64,000 nucleotides of DNA from Bacteroidia bacterium (lineage in GTDB: Bacteria; Bacteroidota; Bacteroidia; Bacteroidales; VadinHA17), in contig JAPLDX010000058.1 in assembly GCA_026391215.1 (NCBI GenBank), positions 64,001-128,000 of the forward strand, given 5' to 3'. Each line of letters starts with the position of its first letter. Position 1 is the stretch's first letter. This document shows, piece by piece, positions 28,381 through 37,434 of this stretch. Both the position numbers and the translations under genes were made by a program. A model generated the notes under the pieces. The model did not search any database. It was not told where the DNA came from and saw nothing but the letters and a program-made list of their open reading frames with translations.

Positions 28381-28859
28381 CCCTTAGCGACAGAGCCCAC
28401 AGGGGAGAGTATGAAGACCTCAGCGGACCTCGTATTAAAGAGAGATTATCAGAGTACTTTAATGAACAGAAATGGATCGGAAACTTTAACCTGACACTTA
28501 TCCCTGATGATTCTGCCATACTTGAAGGAATTTTAAAAAGTGCCGGGAGTGTTTATAATTTAATCTTTACAACAGGAGGCACAGGGATTGGCCCCAGGGA
28601 TATTACAGTTGAGACTGTCAGGCCTCTTCTCTCGAAAGAGATCCCGGGGATCATGGAATACGTAAGGGTAAAATACGCTGAGACGAAACCTACAGCTCTT
28701 CTCAGCAGAGGTGTAGCCGGTATTCTCGGTGAAGCCCTGATCTATACGCTGCCCGGATCGGTGAGGGCTGTTGATGAATATATGAACGAGATACTTAAAA
28801 CGCTGCAGCATACAGTTTTAATGCAGTATGGCATAGATAAGCATACGAAGAATCAATAG
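28344..28859 (+). CDS. MogA/MoaB molybdopterin adenylyltransferase
   Basis: TLSDRA...EDLSGP, IPDD, TTGGTG.GPRDIT.E, LSRGVAG, LPGS. Confidence 0.92.
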   Translation: MDLPDKFEVLVITLSDRAHRGEYEDLSGPRIKERLSEYFNEQKWIGNFNLTLIPDDSAILEGILKSAGSVYNLIFTTGGTGIGPRDITVETVRPLLSKEIPGIMEYVRVKYAETKPTALLSRGVAGILGEALIYTLPGSVRAVDEYMNEILKTLQHTVLMQYGIDKHTKNQ

Positions 28860-30142
28860 GTGAGACGGTTATTGGTATTTGCTGCTGCAGTGCCAATCAT
28901 CCGGTCGAAGCGTTCCCGGGGATTTCTGTAATAGACCAGTACGACATAATCATTTTCAGTCTCAAAATGATTGCCTTCAAAAATTGATGCAATACCTTCC
29001 GTATCACCTTTCCTGAGAAAAACATATTCGTAATTATACCAGCCTTGCTTTAGAAGCATTGTACATTCATATTGTCCCTGTTGAGGATTGAATGTCATTA
29101 TGTTATTATCATCTAAATTCCAGTTATTCAGTCCGCCTGACACATACATATTCCCTCCTGTGATCATATACTTAGACGGCAGGGTAAAATATACGTATAC
29201 ATAATCTGCATCAGTTTCCGGATCACGTCCTTCATCTGAAGCTATATAATATTTACCGTTGAAATCCTGCCAGAAAAAATATGGTTTGAATTCCCTGCTC
29301 TCTGAAGGGGCGAGAAATATGTTATAATTCGGTGATACATAATCTATTCTCCTGACAAATTCTGTCTGATATCTGATGCTCTTAATATCGAAATACCTGA
29401 ATTCATTTCCTGCGCTGAAGATGTTTTTTTCAGACATGGCATTGAATTTAAGCACATTGTTTCCGGTAAAATCAGGCTTAAGGTTCTTTTTAGCATTGTT
29501 CCAGCGGCCATTCTGGAGCACAAAACAAAATACATTCCTGAGAGGATCAGTAACCGGGATACCGCTGAGATCGACAGTGAAATCAAACTGCTGGCCCGTG
29601 TTATTGAAAGCCGTTATCAGCGGCCGGTAAGCCCTGAAATCTATTTTAGCCTTGTCTTCAGTAATAATGAATCGCTGTGTCAGCACAGGAGTTTCAGGTT
29701 CTCCGTAGGGATATACCGATAGAATATAGTTTCCTGATAAGAGGAAAGAGATCCTGTCATTAGGGAAGGCCAGGGTATAATGAAAATATTTTACCGTGGT
29801 ATTGAATGATGGCTTCATGTCTTCTATAGGATTATCAGGAAATCCTTCAATATATTCATTCGTGAAAATATCGGACTTATTCCAGTCTTTGTCGCAGTGC
29901 GTGAATGTATAATAGTACGTTTCTGCCTGATCATCAAGAAGATCAAAATGAAGGAGAAGCTTCTCACCACCGTTCAGCTTTATGATCGGGTACGAAAAGT
30001 TCCAGCCTTCCTTATAAAGCTGAACAGTTTTGATCCTTTTATCAAATACACTGTTTGTATAAGACATAGGGTCCTGTTCCCCACCATATAACAGCTGAAA
30101 TGCGAGGTTTAAAACTATTATAAATATTAGCGTCCTGCCCAT
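28853..30142 (-). CDS. DUF5103 family protein (T9SS Plug-like)
   Basis: Signal peptide, FDLL, HCDKDW, SFNT...YFHY, GNEFRYFD, LKQGWYNY.Y, EGNHFETEN.Y. Confidence 0.8.
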   Translation of the reverse strand: MGRTLIFIIVLNLAFQLLYGGEQDPMSYTNSVFDKRIKTVQLYKEGWNFSYPIIKLNGGEKLLLHFDLLDDQAETYYYTFTHCDKDWNKSDIFTNEYIEGFPDNPIEDMKPSFNTTVKYFHYTLAFPNDRISFLLSGNYILSVYPYGEPETPVLTQRFIITEDKAKIDFRAYRPLITAFNNTGQQFDFTVDLSGIPVTDPLRNVFCFVLQNGRWNNAKKNLKPDFTGNNVLKFNAMSEKNIFSAGNEFRYFDIKSIRYQTEFVRRIDYVSPNYNIFLAPSESREFKPYFFWQDFNGKYYIASDEGRDPETDADYVYVYFTLPSKYMITGGNMYVSGGLNNWNLDDNNIMTFNPQQGQYECTMLLKQGWYNYEYVFLRKGDTEGIASIFEGNHFETENDYVVLVYYRNPRERFDRMIGTAAANTNNRLTY

Positions 30143-30226
30143 AAATTGATACTACTGATAAGTGTAAACAAAAATAGTGCAAAATTATTATTCCATATTT
30201 TGTATTTTTGAATTAAAGTAAAATCT

Positions 30227-31243
30227 ATGAGCAATAAATTTTTTACTCTTGTTTTGTTATTCATCCTGATTATTACTTCCTGCAAAGATAAAGAATCTGG
30301 TTTTTCAAGTTTCAACGGATTTGTCCAAGGTACCACCTATAGTATAGTATTTGAGAATAATGATCATATAAATCTGATTGAGCTCAGATCAAAGGTTGAA
30401 GAAATCCTGCACGATTTCGATATGTCATTATCTCTTTACCAGGATTCATCCATACTTTCAATGATAAACCGTAATGAAGAGGCCATGCCTGATTCATTTT
30501 TCATTGAAGCCTTCGACAGGTCAAAAGAGATAAACCTTACAACAGGGGGCGCTTTCGATATTACTGTGGGTCCCCTTGTGGAAGCATGGGGATTCGGACC
30601 TGATGAACAGAAATCTTTTACTGAGTCAAAACGCGACTCTCTGTTAAGCCTTGTGGGTATGGAAAAAGTGGAGATCAGGGATGGCAGGGTGTATAAAACG
30701 GATCCGCATATCCACCTTGATTTCAATGCCATTGCCCAGGGGTATTCTGTCGATATTATCTCTGAATATTTTGGCGGTCTGGGTATCGAACGCTTCCTTG
30801 TAGAAATAGGTGGCGAAGTAAGGGTAAAAGGCGATAAGAAGGGAGTACTGTGGAGGATCGGAATTGACAGGCCGGAAGATAACAACATGTCTCCCGGGAC
30901 AGATCTTCAGGCAATTATCAGCCTGAAGGACAGATCTTTGGCAACTTCAGGCAATTACAGGAAATTCTATGTTGAAGACGGTATCAAGTACTCCCATACT
31001 ATTGATCCTAAAACAGGTTACCCGGCCAGGAACCAGCTTTTAAGTGCAACAATTATTGCTGATGACTGTGCAACTGCTGATGGAATTGCGACTGCATGTA
31101 TGGTCATGGGGAAAGACAGGACTATCGATTTTCTCAACCTGCATCCTGAGTTTGAAGCCTACCTGATTTTTTCAGATGATGAAGGGAATTTTAAAACGTG
31201 GGCAACCAGGAACCTGACGGAATTTATTTCACTACCTGAATGA
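30227..31243 (+). CDS. apbE: FAD:protein FMN transferase lipoprotein
   Basis: Lipobox ITSC; GAFDITVGPL, DFNAIAQG, EIGGE, ATSGNYR, HTIDPKTG, ADGIAT. Confidence 0.95.
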   Translation: MSNKFFTLVLLFILIITSCKDKESGFSSFNGFVQGTTYSIVFENNDHINLIELRSKVEEILHDFDMSLSLYQDSSILSMINRNEEAMPDSFFIEAFDRSKEINLTTGGAFDITVGPLVEAWGFGPDEQKSFTESKRDSLLSLVGMEKVEIRDGRVYKTDPHIHLDFNAIAQGYSVDIISEYFGGLGIERFLVEIGGEVRVKGDKKGVLWRIGIDRPEDNNMSPGTDLQAIISLKDRSLATSGNYRKFYVEDGIKYSHTIDPKTGYPARNQLLSATIIADDCATADGIATACMVMGKDRTIDFLNLHPEFEAYLIFSDDEGNFKTWATRNLTEFISLPE

Positions 31244-31271
31244 TGAGAAAGCCGGTTCCGGATAAGTACTG

Positions 31272-31360
31272 ACTCCCCGATCCCCCTAAAAAGGGGCTAA
31301 ATCGTTATCACTTATGGGTTTATCCCCCCTTCAGGGGACAGACGCGAAGCGTCGGGGAGT
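31272..31360. repeat. G/C-rich palindromic intergenic element, copy 2
   Basis: Outer stem ACTCCCCGA/TCGGGGAGT; arms CCCCT-aaaa-AGGGG and CCCCT-tc-AGGGG; AT-rich spacer; extra GACGC-gaa-GCGTC hairpin. Confidence 0.8.
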
Positions 31361-33120
31361 TATCTTGTGGTCGTGATTATATTCAGTAATTCTTTTGCAG
31401 CATCACTGGGCCCTGAAGTTTCATACCCCGGTATTCCCAGTCTTGTCCTCATTTGCCCTACAAATACATTCTTCCTGAAGAAGGATTCAAAATATCTCGT
31501 GGCGATATTTTCGTGAATCTCCCTGTATTCCGGAGGTCCGAAGATATTGGCAAAATAGGAATTCACCAGCCCGCTTGATGTTGTTGTTCCCTTGCTCATT
31601 ACCGAGCCTCTCCTGAATACCTCGATAGCCTCATCTGCTGAATCAAATTTCTCGATTACTGGGTGTTCATTATCAATTTCCTCATAATTATTTGCATAGA
31701 GTATGTAGTCAATCCTTTGACCTTTTATCACGTTCTCAAATGTTGTTACCGGAATCACAATTCTTGCATTAACCTGGCTGGGATTCATAATTATTGATCT
31801 ATCGAGATGTCCGAAAGCATATCCGGGCTGAAGGTCATCAAGCCGGAGGAAAGCTCCGGTCTCGGTACCATAGCCGACAGGAAATCCTTCATCATCAAGT
31901 TCTATTGATCCCATATCATCAGCTATGATGCTAAGCTCACGGATATGTTTATCTCCAAGCACCCGGAATGCTTCGAGCGTCTCTGATTTTCCTGCTCCTG
32001 TATCTCCCATCATAAGAATTGTGGCTTCAATATCACCCTTCAGCAATATCTTCACCAGGGCTCCGTGGAATGGCATCTTACCAGCTTTCATAACAATTGA
32101 ATTATGAAGCGTGAGTATCATTTTTTTCAGGTAACCGAAGTATCCAAATTCTGCCCTGCCGGGGATTGCCCCGATAAAGATTCCGTTTGGCGCATCTTCG
32201 TAAAATACCGTGGAAAATTCAGACAAGCCATCTAGTGAATTGCCCTGTGTGCCATATAAGAAGATTGCATCAGGTCTTTTTTCCAGGTCGATGTCATCCG
32301 CAAGCTGGAACAGGTTACACATTGACAGTCCCAATTCAAGGAATGTAAGGTGAAAATAAACCATGATAAGAAGTTTCCCGGCTTTTACGGGATAACACAG
32401 CCAGTCGTCCGGATTAAATTCGGTAAGATCAACAGGATTCTGCTGTATGCGTTTGAAATGTCCGGTCCGCTTGTTCATGGGTTGCTGAATGACAAGAGGA
32501 GGATAGATAAGCACCTGGCGGATCACCTGGATTTGGTTTAGCTTCATGTATTTCACATCCGGGTATGGAATATCTTTTGGCAGCGAGATGACAGCCATCT
32601 CGGCACCTGCCCTTACCTGCCTGTAAACATTCGGATGACTGCCGGTAATGTTTTCCTGGATATGCCTGTACACAGTCCTGATAAGATGTGTCAGGTGCTC
32701 AATAGTCTCATTGAATGTACGATATGGCCTTTTATCAAGACGATCACCCTCTGAATCATTAATGATAAACCGGTCAAAATGTCTCCAGTAATCATATAAA
32801 TATTCAATAAAGCTGTTCAAGAGCTGCAAGTCTTTCACAAAAACTTCAGATCTGTCAAAAATATGAGGGACGACACCGGCCTCATATTTGACCAGAAGTG
32901 TAAGTGTTTTAACCAGGTCATCCACTTCAGATTCACCTGATTTCCCATCCCGGAATATGTTCATAAACGGAGATTTCCTGCCGCGAAGATGTTCCAGACA
33001 ATGATCCAGTACCATTCTGAATTTTCCACTTTCCAGTAATTCTTCAGCAGTTTCACACATCCTTTCACGGTTGTTCAGAACAGCTTTATTCCCGATTATC
33101 CTGAGTATACTTTTTTGCAT
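31360..33120 (-). CDS. PEP-carboxykinase-like P-loop protein (atypical PEPCK superfamily)
   Basis: YFGYLKK..LTLHN, PFHG, GDTGAGKSE Walker A, IADDMG, E.GAF.RLDD, NAR; start adjusted to 33120. Confidence 0.72.
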   Translation of the reverse strand: MQKSILRIIGNKAVLNNRERMCETAEELLESGKFRMVLDHCLEHLRGRKSPFMNIFRDGKSGESEVDDLVKTLTLLVKYEAGVVPHIFDRSEVFVKDLQLLNSFIEYLYDYWRHFDRFIINDSEGDRLDKRPYRTFNETIEHLTHLIRTVYRHIQENITGSHPNVYRQVRAGAEMAVISLPKDIPYPDVKYMKLNQIQVIRQVLIYPPLVIQQPMNKRTGHFKRIQQNPVDLTEFNPDDWLCYPVKAGKLLIMVYFHLTFLELGLSMCNLFQLADDIDLEKRPDAIFLYGTQGNSLDGLSEFSTVFYEDAPNGIFIGAIPGRAEFGYFGYLKKMILTLHNSIVMKAGKMPFHGALVKILLKGDIEATILMMGDTGAGKSETLEAFRVLGDKHIRELSIIADDMGSIELDDEGFPVGYGTETGAFLRLDDLQPGYAFGHLDRSIIMNPSQVNARIVIPVTTFENVIKGQRIDYILYANNYEEIDNEHPVIEKFDSADEAIEVFRRGSVMSKGTTTSSGLVNSYFANIFGPPEYREIHENIATRYFESFFRKNVFVGQMRTRLGIPGYETSGPSDAAKELLNIITTTR

Positions 33121-33280
33121 GACCTGGTTGAAAATCTGGCCTAAAATATGATAATATTCAATTGACTTTTTGAATTTGCTTAATAAGTTATACAATATTT
33201 TTCAATAATTTTATCAAATGAAAGGGAAAAGGAGATTTTAATCGGTCGTATTTATAAAAATTAGTAAATTGCCATAACTT

Positions 33281-33871
33281 ATGAAACCGGAGCTTGATCT
33301 GTTTACAATATTGCCTGAGGACAAAATACCGGAAAAGGGGAAGATACTTATATCAGAACCCTTTCTCCCGGATACCTTTTTTAACCGTACTATAGTGTAT
33401 CTTGCTGATCATAACGCTGAAGGATCTGTAGGATTCATTCTGAATAAAAAGCTTGAAATAAAAGTATGTGATGCAATTTCCGGGTTTGAAGGATGGGATG
33501 AATACCTGAGCATGGGAGGACCTGTCGCACCTGATACCCTCCATTACCTTCATAATCTTGGCGATAAGATCCCTAAAAGTGTATGGGTTGATGAAAATAT
33601 TTTCTGGGGTGGTGATATTGATTTTATAAGGGATTTGATAAAAACCGGTAAGCTGGATAATTCACAGATACGGTTCTTCCTTGGTTATTCCGGATGGTCC
33701 GCCGGACAGCTCGAACGGGAGCTTAAGGAAAACTCATGGGTCATTGCCAGAGTCAAAACAGATATTGTGCTGAATAATCCGGTGGATAACACCTGGAAAA
33801 GAGTTCTGAGAGGGTTGAACAATAAGTACCGTGCATGGGCTGACTTCCCGGAATCCCCCGATATGAATTAA
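33281..33871 (+). CDS. YqgE/AlgH family protein
   Basis: GKILISEP, F.RTIVY, GFILNK, GGPV, FFLGYSGW..GQL..E. Confidence 0.93.
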   Translation: MKPELDLFTILPEDKIPEKGKILISEPFLPDTFFNRTIVYLADHNAEGSVGFILNKKLEIKVCDAISGFEGWDEYLSMGGPVAPDTLHYLHNLGDKIPKSVWVDENIFWGGDIDFIRDLIKTGKLDNSQIRFFLGYSGWSAGQLERELKENSWVIARVKTDIVLNNPVDNTWKRVLRGLNNKYRAWADFPESPDMN

Positions 33872-33883
33872 ACACATGTTTTA

Positions 33884-33918
33884 CCGTTGTGCCTTTGCGC
33901 CGTTATGCCGCTGCACCA
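33884..33918. repeat. Degenerate 8-bp tandem repeat between convergent genes
   Basis: CCGTTGTG CCTTTGCG CCGTTATG CCGCTGCA CCA. Confidence 0.65.
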
Positions 33919-34929
33919 TTATAGGTGCATTATCTTAAACACCAGCTCTTTAAGCAGATCACCCGGCTCACTGCTGAAATCCCCATAACCCTTTGACTTC
34001 ATATCATAAGTCCGTAAAAGACTTATGATATGTACTGTCCTGGCAACGTTATATTTCGATGCTGAAGTCTCATAATCCTTTACAAAATATGGATTGACCT
34101 TGAGGGCTGCTGCAACACTATTCCTGGACTTATCGGTAAGATAATGATATGTGAGAAGCTTGCTGAAGTAACTGAAAAGTGAAGCTATGGAAAGGGTAAT
34201 TGGATTGTCCTTAGGATTATTTGCGAAATAATGAACTATCATGTTGGCCTTCAGGATGTTTCTTTCACCAACGGCTTTTTGCAATTCAAAATTGTTATAA
34301 TCCTTGCTGATGCCGATATTCTTTTCAATAAGCGTAGTGGTGATCACTGGCTTCCCTGCAGGAAGGGTGATAACAAGCTTATTCAGTTCATTTGCTATTT
34401 TGTGAAGGTCGGTTCCGAGGAATTCAGTGAGAAGAGCGCTGGCGCTTGGATCAGTTTTAATGCCCTGAGCCATCAGGTACCTTTCGATCCATGCCGGAAC
34501 CTGGTAATCCCTTAAACGCGACGATTCAAAATAGACAGCCTGACTCTCCAGGGCTTTATAAAACTTCATCCTTTTATCAATTGTCCTGTACTTATAGTTG
34601 ATGACCAGGATTGTTGACTGGAGAGGTTTTTCAAGGTAGAAAATAAGATCTTCTATTTTCTTCAGGGTTTGCGCTTCTTTCACTATCACCACCTGGTGGC
34701 TTGACATCATGGGGAATTTCCGTGAAGCATCAATTATAGCCGGAACAGTTGTGTCTTCTCCATAGAGGATTACCTGGTTAAAGGATTTTTCAGCTTCCGG
34801 CAATACTTTATCTTCAATAAATTCCGTAATAAGGTCAATATAATAAGGCTCTTCCCCGGCAAGAAAATAGACTGGTTTGAAGATCCGTTTTTTCAGATCA
34901 GAAATTATTTCTTCGTAAGTGACTGCCAT
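33919..34929 (-). CDS. holA: DNA polymerase III delta subunit
   Basis: PVYFLAGEEPYYID, FPMMS..QVVIVKEAQ, EL.KL, IGISKDYNNFEL, D.KSKG. Confidence 0.95.
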   Translation of the reverse strand: MAVTYEEIISDLKKRIFKPVYFLAGEEPYYIDLITEFIEDKVLPEAEKSFNQVILYGEDTTVPAIIDASRKFPMMSSHQVVIVKEAQTLKKIEDLIFYLEKPLQSTILVINYKYRTIDKRMKFYKALESQAVYFESSRLRDYQVPAWIERYLMAQGIKTDPSASALLTEFLGTDLHKIANELNKLVITLPAGKPVITTTLIEKNIGISKDYNNFELQKAVGERNILKANMIVHYFANNPKDNPITLSIASLFSYFSKLLTYHYLTDKSRNSVAAALKVNPYFVKDYETSASKYNVARTVHIISLLRTYDMKSKGYGDFSSEPGDLLKELVFKIMHL

Positions 34930-34930
34930 T

Positions 34931-35701
34931 TTAAAACCTCAGATGTTTTACAGATAAGCCGTTTTCCTTTATTTCTCTAAGGGCGTCGATCCCTATCTTC
35001 AGGTGAGTTTCTGCAAATTTGCTTGTTACTCTCTTATCGCTTGCAGCAGTTTTAATGCCTGTGGATATCATCGGCTGATCTGAGACCAGAAGCAAAGCCC
35101 CGGTGGGGATTTCATTGGCAAATCCCACCGTAAAAATTGTTGCTGTCTCCATATCTATCGCCATTGCCCTGGTTTTTACGAGATATTTCTTAAACCTTTC
35201 GTCGTACTCCCAAACCCTTCTGTTAGTTGTATATACGGTACCTGTCCAGTATTCCTTCTTGTAGCGGTTTATCGCGTTTGAGATTGCACTTTGAAGCATA
35301 AATGCAGGGAGTGCAGGAACTTCATTGGGAAGATAATCGTTTGATGTTCCGTCGCTCCTGATTGCAGCTATGGGGAGTATCAGGTCACCTACCCTATTCT
35401 TTTTCTTGAGTCCCCCGCATTTTCCAAGGAACAGAACCGCATCTGGAGCTACAGCGCTTAGTAGATCCATGGCAGTTGCAGCATTCGGGCTGCCCATTCC
35501 AAAGTTCATGATAGTTATCCCATCGGCAGTTGCACTTGGCATGTTCTTGTCCTTCCCTTCAATCTTCACATTATTCCACTCTGCAAAGAGTTCGAGGTAA
35601 TACATAAAATTTGTAAGGAGAAAATATTTACCGAAGGTATTGAGATCTTTTCCGGTATATCTCGGAAGCCAGTTATTGACAATTTCCTCTTTGGTTTTCA
35701 T
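34931..35701 (-). CDS. amn: AMP nucleosidase (Bacteroidota short form)
   Basis: MKTKEEIV.NWLPRYTG, NFGMGSPNAAT, LGKCGG, TTNRRVWE, IDMETAT, LLVSD. Confidence 0.92.
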   Translation of the reverse strand: MKTKEEIVNNWLPRYTGKDLNTFGKYFLLTNFMYYLELFAEWNNVKIEGKDKNMPSATADGITIMNFGMGSPNAATAMDLLSAVAPDAVLFLGKCGGLKKKNRVGDLILPIAAIRSDGTSNDYLPNEVPALPAFMLQSAISNAINRYKKEYWTGTVYTTNRRVWEYDERFKKYLVKTRAMAIDMETATIFTVGFANEIPTGALLLVSDQPMISTGIKTAASDKRVTSKFAETHLKIGIDALREIKENGLSVKHLRF

Positions 35702-35741
35702 ATAATTTCTGTAATAATTATTTGACCTTTTTATAATCCTG

Positions 35742-35853
35742 CCTCACCCCCTTCCTTCGCTTCACTCAGGATTCCCCCTCTCCCGGGAGAGAGGGGGACT
35801 GATTCGATAATCTTTCAAGTCCCTCCCTCCTGGGGGAGGGATTTAGGGAGAGG
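35742..35853. repeat. G/C-rich palindromic intergenic element, copy 3
   Basis: CCTCACCCCC...GGGAGAGG outer ends; arms CCCCCTCTC-ccggga-GAGAGGGGG and CCCTCCC-tcctgg-GGGAGGG; insert TCCTTCGCTTCACTCAGGA. Confidence 0.85.
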
Positions 35854-35931
35854 TTGATTGACCTGTTATTTAAATTTTAAATTCAATTAAAATTATCTCA
35901 ATATATTTGCTTTCAAAAGTACAAAACAAAG

Positions 35932-36387
35932 TTGAAACAGCTAAATCTGCCGGAATATTCATTCAGGATCAGAGGAAAAGAGGGATCTGAGACGATCTTT
36001 GATCTTCTCCGGAAGAAATATGTAAAGCTCACACCTGAGGAATGGGTAAGGCAGAATTTTGTACAGTACCTGATTCATGAAGGAAAATATCCTCCCGGGC
36101 TTATCGGTATCGAGGTTATGTCTGGATTCAATAAACTCAGGAAAAGAGTGGATATCCTGGTTCATAACAGGGCAGGGGAACCTGTAATGATTATAGAATG
36201 CAAAGCGCCTGATGTTAAAATTGACGATACCGTTTTTGACCAGGTGGTCTGTTATAACATGGGATTCAAAGTTCCTTACCTGGTAGTTACAAACGGGATT
36301 GATCATTATGCATGCAAGATAGATCATGCACAGAATAAATATGATTTTCTCCTGGTGATCCCCCTTTACGCAGATATCTCATCCTGA
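35932..36387 (+). CDS. Stand-alone HsdR N-terminal-like domain protein
   Basis: RKKYVKLTPEEWVRQ, R.DI, IECKAP, DQ...YN, TNG. Confidence 0.88.
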   Translation: MKQLNLPEYSFRIRGKEGSETIFDLLRKKYVKLTPEEWVRQNFVQYLIHEGKYPPGLIGIEVMSGFNKLRKRVDILVHNRAGEPVMIIECKAPDVKIDDTVFDQVVCYNMGFKVPYLVVTNGIDHYACKIDHAQNKYDFLLVIPLYADISS

Positions 36388-36394
36388 CAGCCTT

Positions 36395-37375
36395 ATGATT
36401 ATAGTGACCTGTGCAATAATAAGAAATGAAGACAACGAGGTGCTTGTTGTGCAGAGGGGGGAAAAAACAGATCACCCTTTCAAGTGGGAATTTCCCGGCG
36501 GCAAACTGCAGGATGGCGAAACGGAAGAAGAATGCATCATACGCGAAATCATGGAAGAATTGTCGATGGAAGTAGTCATCTGCGGGAAATTTGAAACTGT
36601 AGTACATGATTATGGCCACAAAAAGATCAAACTTATCCCATTTATTTGCGATACTCTTGATGAATTGCCGGTACTATTGGAGCACGAGGATTTTAAATGG
36701 GTATCTTCTGAAAACCTTGGATCAGTCGATTTATGTGAAGCGGATGTACTTATTGCCGGCAGGTACCTGGAAATTACAGGCAAACAGACACATAAAAAAG
36801 AGTCTGAACCGGAAGCTGATCAGTCACCGGTGATTGATAAAGAGCTTCGGAAAATGATCAACAATATGATGAGTATGAAGGAAGCCGAGTGGTTAGCAGC
36901 TTCAACCGGAGAAAATCCTGCTCTATTTCAAAAACTGCTCGATTATTCATATAGCACTGACAAAAAGCTTGCTTTCCGCGCTTCATGGATTCTTTCAAAA
37001 GTATGTGATAAATTTCCAGAACTGATATATCCTCATCTTGAAAAGATTACTGAAGAGTTAGACGGAATAGATAATGAGAGCACTCAGCGTTCTTTCTTAA
37101 GGATACTTTCCCTTACTGACCTTCAAAAAATAAGCGAGCGCCACCATGGTATACTCGCCGACCATTGTTTTAAAGCTCTTAATTCAGGTTTTTCGGCTAT
37201 TGCAATCAAAGCCTATTCTATGGAGATCATCTATAAGCTTGCGCTTATCTATCCAGGGTTGGCTAACGAGCTTGCTGCATCTATAAATATGCTTCAGGGT
37301 GAGAACTCAGCAGCAGGGATTGTGGCCAGGGGCAGGATGATTATGAAACGTATTGCTGAAATCTCAAAATCCTGA
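36395..37375 (+). CDS. MutT-like Nudix hydrolase fused to a helical HEAT-like C-terminal domain
   Basis: Nudix box WEFPGGKLQDGETEEECIIREIMEEL; about 180-aa all-helical C-terminal part (FRASWIL, AIKAYSM). Confidence 0.8.
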   Translation: MIIVTCAIIRNEDNEVLVVQRGEKTDHPFKWEFPGGKLQDGETEEECIIREIMEELSMEVVICGKFETVVHDYGHKKIKLIPFICDTLDELPVLLEHEDFKWVSSENLGSVDLCEADVLIAGRYLEITGKQTHKKESEPEADQSPVIDKELRKMINNMMSMKEAEWLAASTGENPALFQKLLDYSYSTDKKLAFRASWILSKVCDKFPELIYPHLEKITEELDGIDNESTQRSFLRILSLTDLQKISERHHGILADHCFKALNSGFSAIAIKAYSMEIIYKLALIYPGLANELAASINMLQGENSAAGIVARGRMIMKRIAEISKS

Positions 37376-37434
37376 TCTAAAAAGGACCATATTCAGGTAA
37401 AAATAAATTACCTGCTTTTGATAAGAATTATTTC

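Noticed and set aside
35932-36387. Type I restriction-modification/defence system
   Set aside because: Only a stand-alone HsdR_N-like domain beside holA/amn; no hsdM, hsdS or helicase domain.
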